Shown here one piece after another: positions 33,520 to 42,262 of a stretch of 53,444 bases of DNA. Below the pieces are notes generated by a model. It searched no databases. It was not told where the DNA came from and saw only the letters and a program-made list of their open reading frames with translations. Source of the DNA: Chloroflexota bacterium (GTDB taxonomy: Bacteria; Chloroflexota; Anaerolineae; UBA1429); contig DAIRUQ010000003.1 of the NCBI GenBank assembly GCA_036803245.1, positions 1 to 53,444 of the forward strand. Reading direction: 5' to 3'. Each line of letters begins with the position of its first letter. Position 1 is the stretch's first letter. A program made the translations under genes and the position numbers.

Positions 33520-34970
33520 GCCGGCACGTCCTTTGCTCGGCGGACCACCATCTGTGATCGCCCGCCTCTTTTCGTCAGCTCTGTCGGCGGCAGGCCTAGC
33601 TCGCGCGACATGATCTCGAGAACCAAGGGCGTGTCGAATCCTCCCTGGCACCGCCCGCTGCCGACTCGAGTGCGGCGCTTGAGGGCATCATAGGTGCGCG
33701 CAGGCACTGGCGCATGGCAGGCTGCCACGATCTCGCCCTCGGTGACCATCTCGCACCGACAGACCACATGGCCGTAGCGAGGGTCCTGGGCGATGAGCGC
33801 CAGACGCTCGTCGTCTGACAGCTCGGAAAAACGCGGAATGCCATGGCGCACCGGCTGATAGTCGCGCCGCTCCCGCAACGCCAGCCCCCCCTCTCGCAAG
33901 AGGTCGATGGCGCGCTCGGCGATGGCCGGCGCCGCCGTGAGACCGGGCGATTCGATGCCGCCGAGGGCGACGACGTTCTGCGCCTCCGGCATCCGCTCGA
34001 TGACGAAATCGCCAGTGTTGCCGCTGGCGCGAAGTCCGGCAAAGGTGCGGATCACGTCGCGAGCGTCCAGCGCGGGCACGAGCCCTTGCGCGCCAGCCAT
34101 CACCTCGCACAGGCCCGGTGCCGTCGTCGTCAGATCCTCCTTGTCGGCCACGTGCTCGGCGTTGGGGCCCAGCATGAGATTGCCGTGGATGGTGCGGGTC
34201 ACCACGATCCCCTTGCTGATGGGCGTAGGGCAAGGGAACAAGACGCCCCGAAGCATCTCGCCGGCGCACTTGTCCAACACAAAGTACTGGCCCTTGCGGG
34301 GGCTGATCTGCAGGCTCTCGTGGCCGAGTTGGCGCATTAGGTCGTCGGCCCACAGCCCGGCGGCTATCACCACCCAACGGGCGGCGATGGTACCCCGTGT
34401 TGTGCGGACGCCCCACACCTGCGAATCCCGCCGCTCGAACCCCAACGCCTCGGTGTCCAGCCAGAGGCGGACGCCATTGACGACGGCATTCTCGGCCGCG
34501 GCATAGCAGAGCTGGAACGGGTCGACGATACCCCCGGTGGAGGCGTAGAGAGCCCCAACGCACGCGGGCGTCACCGCTGGCTCGCGACGGCGCATTTCAT
34601 CGCCGTCGATCAGCTCGAGACCTGGCACGCCATTCTGGCGACCGCGCTCGTAGAGCGCATCGAGGGTCTCGATATCGGCAGGCTGGATGCCAACCACGTG
34701 GGTGCCGCAGCGCGACATGTCCACGTCCAGCTCGCTGCAGACCTGGTCGTACATGGCGTTGCCGGCCACGTTAAGGGTGGCCTTGAGGGTGTTGGGAACG
34801 GCATCATAGCCGGCATGCACGATGGCCGTGTTGGCCTTGGTGGTGCCCTCGCCCACATCGGCATGCTTTTCAATCAGCAGCACCCTGAGCTGATAGCGAG
34901 AGAGGGCGCGCGCCACCAAGCATCCTACGACTCCGGCGCCGATCACGACAACGTCATAGGAGGGAATCAT
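33516..34970 (-). CDS. FAD-dependent glycerol-3-phosphate dehydrogenase/oxidase-like oxidoreductase with BFD-like [2Fe-2S] C-terminal region
   Basis: [17 protein letters not shown]...[13 protein letters not shown]... and the C-terminal [18 protein letters not shown]...[10 protein letters not shown]. 4-nt overlap with glpK. Confidence 0.8.
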   Translation of the reverse strand: MIPSYDVVVIGAGVVGCLVARALSRYQLRVLLIEKHADVGEGTTKANTAIVHAGYDAVPNTLKATLNVAGNAMYDQVCSELDVDMSRCGTHVVGIQPADIETLDALYERGRQNGVPGLELIDGDEMRRREPAVTPACVGALYASTGGIVDPFQLCYAAAENAVVNGVRLWLDTEALGFERRDSQVWGVRTTRGTIAARWVVIAAGLWADDLMRQLGHESLQISPRKGQYFVLDKCAGEMLRGVLFPCPTPISKGIVVTRTIHGNLMLGPNAEHVADKEDLTTTAPGLCEVMAGAQGLVPALDARDVIRTFAGLRASGNTGDFVIERMPEAQNVVALGGIESPGLTAAPAIAERAIDLLREGGLALRERRDYQPVRHGIPRFSELSDDERLALIAQDPRYGHVVCRCEMVTEGEIVAACHAPVPARTYDALKRRTRVGSGRCQGGFDTPLVLEIMSRELGLPPTELTKRGGRSQMVVRRAKDVPA

Positions 34971-36511
34971 GCGGATGCATCCTCGCGCTCAGCGTCGTCG
35001 GCGTCAACCCAAGCGCGGGATCGCTGTACCGCCTTTTGCCAGAGGCGATAACCCTCGCGGCGGCGCTCGTCTTCCCATTGCGGGGCAAAGGTGGCATCGA
35101 TGCGCCACTGATCGCGTAGCTCGTCCAGCGAGCCCCACACCCCCGACGCCAGGCCGGCGGCATAGGCGGCCCCCAACGAGGTCGTCTCTCGGACCACCGG
35201 GCGCACCACCTCTGCTCCCAGGATATCGGCCTGGAGCTGCATGAGAAAGCTATTGGCGGCCGCGCCGCCATCAACCTTGAGGGTGCGCAGGGCGATGCCG
35301 GCGTCCTCCTGCATGGCATCCACCACCTCGCGTGACTGGTAGCAGATCGCCTCCAAGGTGGCTCGCACCAGATGGGCGCGGGTAGCATAGCGCGTCAGCC
35401 CGGTGATCACCCCACGCGCATACATGTCCCAGTGGGGCGCGAACAGTCCGGAAAAGGCGGGCACAAAGTAGACGCCGCCCGAGTCCTCCACCGAGCGCGC
35501 GATCTCTTCCGTCTCCGCAGCGTCCTTGATCAAGCCCAGGTTGTCGCGCAACCACTGGACGGCAGCGCCGGTGATGGCGATGGAACCTTCCAGCGCATAG
35601 GCCACTCGCTTCGCGCCCAGGTCATAGGCTACTGTCGTGAGCAGCCCCTGATTCGAGTGCACGGCGGTTTCGCCGGTGTTCATCAGCAGAAAAGAGCCGG
35701 TGCCATAGGTGTTCTTGGCCTCACCCTCGACAAAGCAGGTCTGGCCGACCAGGGCGGCCTGCTGGTCGCCCAAGGCGGCGCAGATGGGCACCGCTCGCCC
35801 AAAGGGACCGTCGGCAACGGTGGCGCCATAGCCGCCGGGCACGGCAGAGGGCACGATGGTGGGCAGCATGGCACGCGGAACGCCCATGGCGGCTAACAGG
35901 TCATCGTCCCAATCGCGGGTAGCCAGGTTCATCAACATGGTGCGCGAGGCGTTGGTCACATCGGTGACGTGGGCGCCCCCGGCCGGACCGCCGGTGAGAT
36001 TCCAGATGATCCACGAGTCGATGGTGCCAAACAACGCATCGCCGCACTCGGCGTCGCGCCGCAGAGTGGGCACGTGGTCCAGAAGCCAGCGGATCTTGGG
36101 CCCCGAGAAATAGGTGCCGATTACCAGGCCGGCCCGCTTGCGCACCAAGGGTTCGAGCCCCTGGGTGATGAACTGCTCGCAGAGCCCGCGGGTGCGGGTG
36201 CATTGCCACACGATGGCATGATGGTAGGGTCGTCCGGTCTTGCGATTCCAGACCAGGGTGGTCTCACGCTGGTTGGTGATGCCCAGGGCGCGGATATCGC
36301 GGGCTGGCAACGAGGCACGATAGAGCGCGGCGCCGACGACCTCGTTGGTGTTCTGCAGGATCTCGATCGGATCGTGTTCCACCCAACCGGGCTGCGGCAT
36401 GATTTGCGCGTGCTCACGATAGGCCTGACTGATCACGCTGCCGGCGGGGTCAAAGATGAGGCAGCGTGTGCCGGTGGTACCCTGGTCGATGGCGGCGATG
36501 TAGGTTGCCAT
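34967..36511 (-). CDS. glpK: glycerol kinase
   Basis: [18 protein letters not shown]...[10 protein letters not shown]...[12 protein letters not shown]... Confidence 0.96.
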   Translation of the reverse strand: MATYIAAIDQGTTGTRCLIFDPAGSVISQAYREHAQIMPQPGWVEHDPIEILQNTNEVVGAALYRASLPARDIRALGITNQRETTLVWNRKTGRPYHHAIVWQCTRTRGLCEQFITQGLEPLVRKRAGLVIGTYFSGPKIRWLLDHVPTLRRDAECGDALFGTIDSWIIWNLTGGPAGGAHVTDVTNASRTMLMNLATRDWDDDLLAAMGVPRAMLPTIVPSAVPGGYGATVADGPFGRAVPICAALGDQQAALVGQTCFVEGEAKNTYGTGSFLLMNTGETAVHSNQGLLTTVAYDLGAKRVAYALEGSIAITGAAVQWLRDNLGLIKDAAETEEIARSVEDSGGVYFVPAFSGLFAPHWDMYARGVITGLTRYATRAHLVRATLEAICYQSREVVDAMQEDAGIALRTLKVDGGAAANSFLMQLQADILGAEVVRPVVRETTSLGAAYAAGLASGVWGSLDELRDQWRIDATFAPQWEDERRREGYRLWQKAVQRSRAWVDADDAEREDASA

Positions 36512-36672
36512 GATTCACCTCGAGCAAAAGGTCTCGCGATCAGCGTGATGGTAGGGCAGAGGGGTCGATGCGTCAAGAGACGCTCAAGCGCTAGAGACGC
36601 CCCGCCAGAACCTGCTGGGCGCAAGCCCAATCCGCTGATGATGCGGTCGGCCTTTGCAGCGGCTTACGGCGG

Positions 36673-36701
36673 TTGACATGGCTGGATGCCAGGCCTATAA
36701 T
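36673..36701 (+). promoter_or_regulatory. perfect-consensus promoter for tRNA-Gly (TTGACA-17 nt-TATAAT)
   Basis: TTGACA at 36673-36678 and TATAAT at 36696-36701, 11 nt before the tRNA 5' end. Confidence 0.7.
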
Positions 36702-36712
36702 GCGAGCACTGT

Positions 36713-36785
36713 GCGGGTGTAGCTCAGTTGGCAGAGCGTCTGCTTCCCAAGCAGAATGTCGTGGGTTCGAATCCCATCACCCGCT
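36713..36785 (+). tRNA. tRNA-Gly (anticodon CCC)
   Basis: Cloverleaf read by hand: acceptor GCGGGTG/CACCCGC, D arm GCTC-AGTTGGCA-GAGC, anticodon arm TCTGC-TTCCCAA-GCAGA, T arm GTGGG-TTCGAAT-CCCAT. No encoded CCA. Confidence 0.9.
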
Positions 36786-36824
36786 CTCGAGCCTGGCAGA
36801 ATGGCCTGGCTCCATATCCAACAC

Positions 36825-37059
36825 GTTGATCAGGACGAGTATCCGTCAGGCTGGCGATAGGGAGTGGAGGGCAGGGACTGGAACCCTCCTCGCAACGCTG
36901 GCGGTGAAAACCACCTGAGAGTGGGCGCCCGAACCGAGTAAGGCGCTCCGGTAGCCCCGTTATCGGCTCTAGAGCGCGGCCTGGGCCCTGGCCTGGCCGC
37001 GGAATATGGGTGGAACCGCGTGAGCGCGCCCTCTCGCCCCATGGTGAGAGGGCGCTTTT
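36825..37059 (+). promoter_or_regulatory. T-box leader (Thr specifier ACC) with terminator, controlling thrS
   Basis: AGTA box (36837-36840). Specifier-loop context GTGAAA-ACC-A (ACC at 36910-36912). T-box sequence AATATGGGTGGAACCGCG (to 37020). Terminator GCGCCCTCTC-gccccatggt-GAGAGGGCGC-TTTT (37026-37059). Confidence 0.85.
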
Positions 37060-37107
37060 GCATGGGGCCCTGACCCATGCGTGTCACCTAGCTCGTTGGA
37101 GGTTTCC

Positions 37108-38862
37108 ATGCCCAAGTATGAACTCGAGACGATGCGCCACTCGGCCTCGCACATCATGGCAGAGGCGGTGATGACCCTGTTCCCCGACGCCAAGCTTGGC
37201 ATCGGGCCAGCCATCGACGAGGGCTTTTACTATGATTTCGACCTGCCGCGCTCACTCACCGAAGAGGACCTGGCCAAGATCCTTGACCTGATGAAGGACA
37301 GCATCAAGGCCAAGGTGGCCTTTGAGCGGGAAGAGGTCAGTCGCGAGGAGGCTGAGAGGTTGTTCGCCGATCAGCCGTACAAGCTCGAACTGCTGCGAGA
37401 CCTGCCAGAGGATGCGCCCATCTCTATCTACCGCCATGGTAGTTTCATGGATCTCTGCCGCGGGCCGCATGTGGAGAACACGGGTGACTTGCGCTGGGAT
37501 AGCATAGCGCTGCAGAGCATCGCTGGCGCCTACTGGCGGGGCGACGAAAAGCGTCCCATGCTGCAGCGCATCTATGGCACCGTTTGGCACAGCAAGCAGG
37601 AGCTGCGCGACTATTTGGCGCGCCTGGAAGAGCTGGCCAAGCGCGATCACCGCTGGCTGGGACGCGATCTCGACCTCTTTTCTCTACATGAGGAGGCGGG
37701 GGCAGGCCTGGTCTACTGGCACCCCAAGGGGGGGCGTGTCCGTACCATCATCGAGGATTACTGGCGCAAGCGCCACATGGAGGGTGGGTACGATATCATC
37801 TACTCGCCCCACATCGGGCGTTCCTGGCTCTGGGAGACCTCTGGCCATCTGGACTTCTACCATGATTCGATGTACGCACCGATGGATATCGACGGGCAGG
37901 ACTATTACCTCAAGCCGATGAACTGCCCGTTCCATATCATGATCTACCGTTCGCGTACGCGGTCCTATCGCGACCTGCCGCTGCGGTGGGCCGAGCTGGG
38001 CACGGTCTACCGCTACGAACGCAGCGGGGTGCTGCACGGCTTGCTGCGGGTGCGCGGCTTTACCCAAGACGATGCCCACATCATCTGCACGCCCGAGCAG
38101 ATCGAGGACGAGATCCTGGGAGTGCTACGTTTCTCCCTGGCCATGTGGCGAGCCATGGGGTTTGCCGATGTGGACGCCTACCTGTCGACGCGTCCCGAAA
38201 AGGCGGTGGGCGAGCCGGCCCGGTGGGATCAGGCGACGCAGTCGCTGCGACGCGCGCTGGAGACCGAATCGCTGGATTACAAGGTGGATGAGGGTGGCGG
38301 GGCCTTCTATGGGCCCAAGATCGACTTGAAGATTCGAGATGCCCTGGGCCGCGAGTGGCAGATGACCACGATCCAGTTCGACTTTAACGAGCCGGAGCGG
38401 TTTGATATGGTCTATGTGGGTGACGATGGCCAGGAGCATCGGCCCTATATGGTCCATCGGGCGCTCTTGGGCTCGATCGAGCGGTTCTTTGGGCTGCTGA
38501 TCGAGCACTATGGGGGGGCATTCCCGGTGTGGATGGCCCCTGTGCAGGCGGTCATCATCCCCATCACCGATCGACATCTGGCCTTTGGCCGCGAGGTGGA
38601 GAGCAAGCTGCGGGCGGCTGGCTTGCGCGCCGAGCTGGATGCCTCGAACGATCGTATGAACGCCAAGATCAGGTCCGCCCAGCTCAACAAGGTGCCTTAT
38701 ATGCTGGTGATCGGCGACCGCGAAGTCGAGGACGGGGCGGTCTCGGTGCGCCTCCGTAGCGGCGAGGATCTTGGCGCCATGCCTGTGGAGGCTTTCCTCA
38801 GCGGCGCCAAGGCAATCGATGATGCGCGCGATAATCAGCGACTGTGGCAGGCGGCTATCTAG
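37108..38862 (+). CDS. thrS: threonine--tRNA ligase (no N-terminal TGS domain)
   Basis: From the ATG at 37108 after GGAGG: MPKYELETMRHSASHIMAEAV...YWRGDEKRPMLQRIYGT... It starts at the editing (N2) domain, followed by the class II core and the anticodon-binding domain. Confidence 0.95.
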   Translation: MPKYELETMRHSASHIMAEAVMTLFPDAKLGIGPAIDEGFYYDFDLPRSLTEEDLAKILDLMKDSIKAKVAFEREEVSREEAERLFADQPYKLELLRDLPEDAPISIYRHGSFMDLCRGPHVENTGDLRWDSIALQSIAGAYWRGDEKRPMLQRIYGTVWHSKQELRDYLARLEELAKRDHRWLGRDLDLFSLHEEAGAGLVYWHPKGGRVRTIIEDYWRKRHMEGGYDIIYSPHIGRSWLWETSGHLDFYHDSMYAPMDIDGQDYYLKPMNCPFHIMIYRSRTRSYRDLPLRWAELGTVYRYERSGVLHGLLRVRGFTQDDAHIICTPEQIEDEILGVLRFSLAMWRAMGFADVDAYLSTRPEKAVGEPARWDQATQSLRRALETESLDYKVDEGGGAFYGPKIDLKIRDALGREWQMTTIQFDFNEPERFDMVYVGDDGQEHRPYMVHRALLGSIERFFGLLIEHYGGAFPVWMAPVQAVIIPITDRHLAFGREVESKLRAAGLRAELDASNDRMNAKIRSAQLNKVPYMLVIGDREVEDGAVSVRLRSGEDLGAMPVEAFLSGAKAIDDARDNQRLWQAAI

Positions 38863-39000
38863 CCTCTCGTCGGCTCGCCACCATGGCCTGTGGTTCCCTG
38901 TAGCACAGTGATGCGCCTCGCCCTTGGCGGGGCGCCCGCCTTCTGCTACAATCGCACACTGTCCCTGCCAGAAGAAAAGCTGGGATGTGGGAGGTTCTGT

Positions 39001-40128
39001 ATGCGACGTTCTCTGGTCACCGCAACGTTGGTGCTCGCGTGCCTGCTAGCTTTGGCTCCGCCGACGTGGGCGGACTGCCCGGGCAACCGGCTGGCGAACC
39101 CCGGCTTTGAAGAGGGCGCCTACAAGACCGAAGGCGTCGGCACGAGCCTCTCCTCGTGGCTGGCCAACGGTTGGTCTCCCTGGTCGATCCTCGGTGACGC
39201 CACCAACAACCGCGAGGTCGAATACAAGCTCCCCGACGCCAGCGCATTGGGCACGAGCTACAACATCCACAGCGGGCGCTATTCCCAGGCCTTTTTCACC
39301 AACTATGGCACTCACACCGGCGGCTTTTACCAGCGGGTGCAGGTGCCGGCCGGCAGTCGGGTCACGTTCTCCATCTGGGTGCAGATCTATACTGGCGAAC
39401 GGGAGCTCATGTCCGATGGGCACCCCTATTCCGACCTAGAGTGGCCGCAGAAAGAAGGCGACAAGCGCGGGCCGGGGAACTATCGCGTGTGGGCCGGTAT
39501 CGATCCTTACGGCGGGGCGCCAGGATTCGGCGCTCCAGCCCCGGATACGATCGTTTGGTCCGAGCCGGTGTTGGACCGCGAGACGCGGGTGATTGGTGCC
39601 AACGGTAGCCAGATCGACGCCTGGGTGCAGCTAACCGTCTCCACTGTCGCTCAGGGCGAATGGGTGACCGTGTTCACCAAGGGGAGCCCCGAGTTTCCCG
39701 TCAAGCATAATAACTCGTTCTGGGACGACGCCTGCCTGGTGGTAGAGTCAGCTCCAACGGCGACGCCGCGGCCGACCGACACGCCCGCACCTACGTCCGT
39801 TCCCACTGCTACGCCTGAGCCGACAGCCACTGAGACCCCAACTGCGGTGCCGCCGACCGTTACGCCCGAGCCGACGGCCACGACCACTGACACGCCGACG
39901 CCCACCCAGATGCCCCCTACCGAGACGCCGGATCCCACGGCCACCCCTACCGCCACGGCCACTGTCGCGGCGCCTACCGCCACGACACAACCTACTTTTT
40001 TGCCTACCGCTGCGCCCACGGCCAGTCCGGCGATCAGCAGTGAGGCGGGTGGGCTGATCGCCTATGGTGTGGCGGCCGTGGCGGCTGTTGGGGTGCTGGT
40101 CTGGCTGCGAGCCAGACAGAGATCCTAG
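39001..40128 (+). CDS. secreted CBM4/9-like protein with a Pro/Thr-rich stalk and C-terminal membrane anchor
   Basis: Signal peptide MRRSLVTATLVLACLLALAPPTWA. NPGFEEG... jelly-roll-like domain. About 95 aa of PT repeats. Terminal GGLIAYGVAAVAAVGVLVWLRARQRS. GGGAGG precedes the ATG at 39001. Confidence 0.7.
   Translation: MRRSLVTATLVLACLLALAPPTWADCPGNRLANPGFEEGAYKTEGVGTSLSSWLANGWSPWSILGDATNNREVEYKLPDASALGTSYNIHSGRYSQAFFTNYGTHTGGFYQRVQVPAGSRVTFSIWVQIYTGERELMSDGHPYSDLEWPQKEGDKRGPGNYRVWAGIDPYGGAPGFGAPAPDTIVWSEPVLDRETRVIGANGSQIDAWVQLTVSTVAQGEWVTVFTKGSPEFPVKHNNSFWDDACLVVESAPTATPRPTDTPAPTSVPTATPEPTATETPTAVPPTVTPEPTATTTDTPTPTQMPPTETPDPTATPTATATVAAPTATTQPTFLPTAAPTASPAISSEAGGLIAYGVAAVAAVGVLVWLRARQRS
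39745..40035 (+). repeat. low-complexity imperfect tandem repeats encoding (P/T/A/E)-rich linker
   Basis: Reiterated ACGCC(N)GAGCCGAC/ACNGCCAC-type units read directly. They lie within the CDS and are not spacer-repeat structured. Confidence 0.7.
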
Positions 40129-40139
40129 CGGATTGCGGC

Positions 40140-40649
40140 CTAGGAGCCCTCAAGGCTGATGCCTTCGAGGGCCAGCAGGCCCCGCTTCATGGCGAGCCCG
40201 CCGCCATAGCCGCCCAGGCTGCCGTCGCTGGCCAGGATGCGGTGGCACGGGATCAGAATGGGCAGGGGGTTCGCGCCCAGCGCCTGCCCTACGGCCCGCG
40301 CGGCTCTGGGTGACCTGACGGCGCGGGCGAGGTCGGCATAGCTGGCCGTGGTCCCGTAAGGAACCCGGGCGCAGGCATCCCATACCAACCTCTGAAATGC
40401 GGTGGACGGGGGGGCGTCCAGCGGCAGATCGAACTGACGTCGGTCGCCCGCCAGATAGGCGCAAAGCTGCTTCTGGGCCTCGGCCAGATGGGCCATTGCC
40501 GCCGGCGGCGCCTGTGCCTCGTCTTCGTCTGGCGGGAGGCCGGCTAGGGCTACCCTGACGATGCCCCGATCCGACGCGACCACGCCCCATGGTCCCCAGG
40601 GCGTCACCACGATGCCCGTCGCCAGGTCTCTTCCTGCTGGTTGGTTCAC
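40140..40649 (-). CDS. ogt: methylated-DNA--protein-cysteine methyltransferase
   Basis: Active site IPCHRILASDGSLGGYGGGLAMKRGLLALEG. GTG start overlaps the upstream stop (GTGA). Confidence 0.92.
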   Translation of the reverse strand: MNQPAGRDLATGIVVTPWGPWGVVASDRGIVRVALAGLPPDEDEAQAPPAAMAHLAEAQKQLCAYLAGDRRQFDLPLDAPPSTAFQRLVWDACARVPYGTTASYADLARAVRSPRAARAVGQALGANPLPILIPCHRILASDGSLGGYGGGLAMKRGLLALEGISLEGS

Positions 40650-41158
40650 CGTTCCCCCTCAACGATTCGCGGAATCATCTGGTAACGGATTCCCAGCCAG
40701 GGAGTCTCTTCCGGCCCATCGGGCGGACTGCCCAACGTTACGCGGGCGTCCCACGTGCGCATCCCGCGAGATATGGTCAGCCTGACCCAAGCGCCGGGGC
40801 TGTGCTCCTGCACGAGATGGGTCAGCGTCCGCTCCTCGGTGAGCGGGACGGTGTTGACGGCGACGATCATGTCGCCGGGGGTGATGCCGGCCTGGTCAGC
40901 GGGTGAGCCGGGCACGACCTCGATCACCAACGCCGCCCACGATTCCAGCTCCTCAGGGAGCAGGCCGCGCGGGGTGCCGCGTTGCCAGGGAGCCGTCTCG
41001 ATGCCCGACCTCGCGGGGGCGGCCGTGGAGCTGCTCAGGGCGACCTTGGCGCCCACATAGCCGCCCAGGCTGCCGCACACCAGTGCTAGCACGCACTCGA
41101 AAAGGACGGCCAGCACCAGGAGTGCTACCAACACGATGCGCTTGGTGTTGTCATCCAT
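40646..41158 (-). CDS. membrane-anchored PDZ-domain protein
   Basis: From the ATG at 41156-41158 after GAGAGGAGG: MDDNTKRIVLVALLVLAVLFECVLALVCG (TM helix), then a PDZ domain (GSPADQAGITPGDMIVAVNTVPL). Confidence 0.75.
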   Translation of the reverse strand: MDDNTKRIVLVALLVLAVLFECVLALVCGSLGGYVGAKVALSSSTAAPARSGIETAPWQRGTPRGLLPEELESWAALVIEVVPGSPADQAGITPGDMIVAVNTVPLTEERTLTHLVQEHSPGAWVRLTISRGMRTWDARVTLGSPPDGPEETPWLGIRYQMIPRIVEGER

Positions 41159-41305
41159 AGCGGACCTCCTCTCTTTCTGGGGCGAGACTGACCGGAGGGG
41201 CCAGCGCTCGCCTTGGCCTTGGACCTGAATAAAGTATAATGCCATTGGCTCAGAGGACGCAATCCGTTAGCCGGGCTCCGGGCCCGCTTTTCTGGAGGAG
41301 GAGCG

Positions 41306-42199
41306 TTGCAACCCAATCCCATATTCCTAAAGATCGGTCCCATCTCTATCTACTGGTACGGCGTCCTGATCGTCACCGGCGCCATGCTTGCGGCCCAGAT
41401 AGCCAGCTTTCTCTCCAGCCGTAACGGTCACGATCCAGAGATCGCCTGGAATATGCTGATCGTGCTGCTCCTGACGGGGATCGTTGGCGCTCGCCTCTAC
41501 CACGTGGCCTCAGCGTGGGACTATTACCGCCACTATCCTGACCGCATCTTTAGCCTGCAGATGAGCGGGTTTGGCATCTTTGGCGGGGTGGCCGGCGGCG
41601 CGCTGGGCCTGTGGGTCTATTGTCGCGCGAAAAAGCTGCGCTTTTTAGAGTGGGCCGATTACATCGCGCCCGGTCTGATCCTGGCACAAGCTATCGGCCG
41701 ACTGGGGAACTTTTTCAACCAAGAGCTCTATGGCTACCCCACCGATCTGCCATGGGGCATCTACATCGCGCCTGAGAATCGCCTAGCCGAGTTCGCCACC
41801 TACGAGTACTTTCACCCGACCTTTTTCTATGAATCGCTGCTCAATCTCATCGGCTTTGCCATCCTGTTCACGTTGGCGCTCAAGTGGCATCGCAAGCGTC
41901 TATATGGCGACTTGTTCTATCTCTACTTTGCCATCTACTCGGTGGTCCGCTTCTTTATCGAGTTCCAGCGCCCTGACGCCTGGATGATGGAGAACTGGAT
42001 GCCGCTCGGTATGCCCATGGCGCAGTGGGTATCGATCTTTGGGTTCATCATGTTCGGCACGCTCTTGCTGGTGCGTCGCAAGCTCAAGCGACCTTCGATG
42101 GTCTATGTGCCGGGGACGCCGTGGGGATCGGGGCCCGAGCCAGAGGAGGGCGATGCGCCTATCGCCCAGGCCGCCCAAGACGATCAACCGCCCGAGTAG
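41306..42199 (+). CDS. lgt: prolipoprotein diacylglyceryl transferase
   Basis: PISIYWYGVLIVTGAML...GARLYHV...GRLGNFFNQELYG. TTG start. Confidence 0.93.
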   Translation: MQPNPIFLKIGPISIYWYGVLIVTGAMLAAQIASFLSSRNGHDPEIAWNMLIVLLLTGIVGARLYHVASAWDYYRHYPDRIFSLQMSGFGIFGGVAGGALGLWVYCRAKKLRFLEWADYIAPGLILAQAIGRLGNFFNQELYGYPTDLPWGIYIAPENRLAEFATYEYFHPTFFYESLLNLIGFAILFTLALKWHRKRLYGDLFYLYFAIYSVVRFFIEFQRPDAWMMENWMPLGMPMAQWVSIFGFIMFGTLLLVRRKLKRPSMVYVPGTPWGSGPEPEEGDAPIAQAAQDDQPPE

Positions 42200-42220
42200 G
42201 GGCAACCGCTAGAATTACAG

Positions 42221-42256
42221 CCGGGGCTACCCATCGGGTAGCCCCGGTTCGCTTTG
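42221..42256. terminator. 12-bp hairpin terminator between convergent lgt and the MFS gene
   Basis: CCGGGGCTACCC-atcg-GGGTAGCCCCGG followed by TTCGCTTTG. Confidence 0.7.
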
Positions 42257-42262
42257 TCGGCA

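Noticed and set aside
39651-40019. GV-rich minus-strand ORFs and the repeat-like DNA in this region as a possible CRISPR array or tandem-repeat locus
   Set aside because: The repeats are imperfect, codon-phased and encode the PT-rich stalk of the plus-strand surface protein. There is no repeat-spacer periodicity and there are no cas genes.
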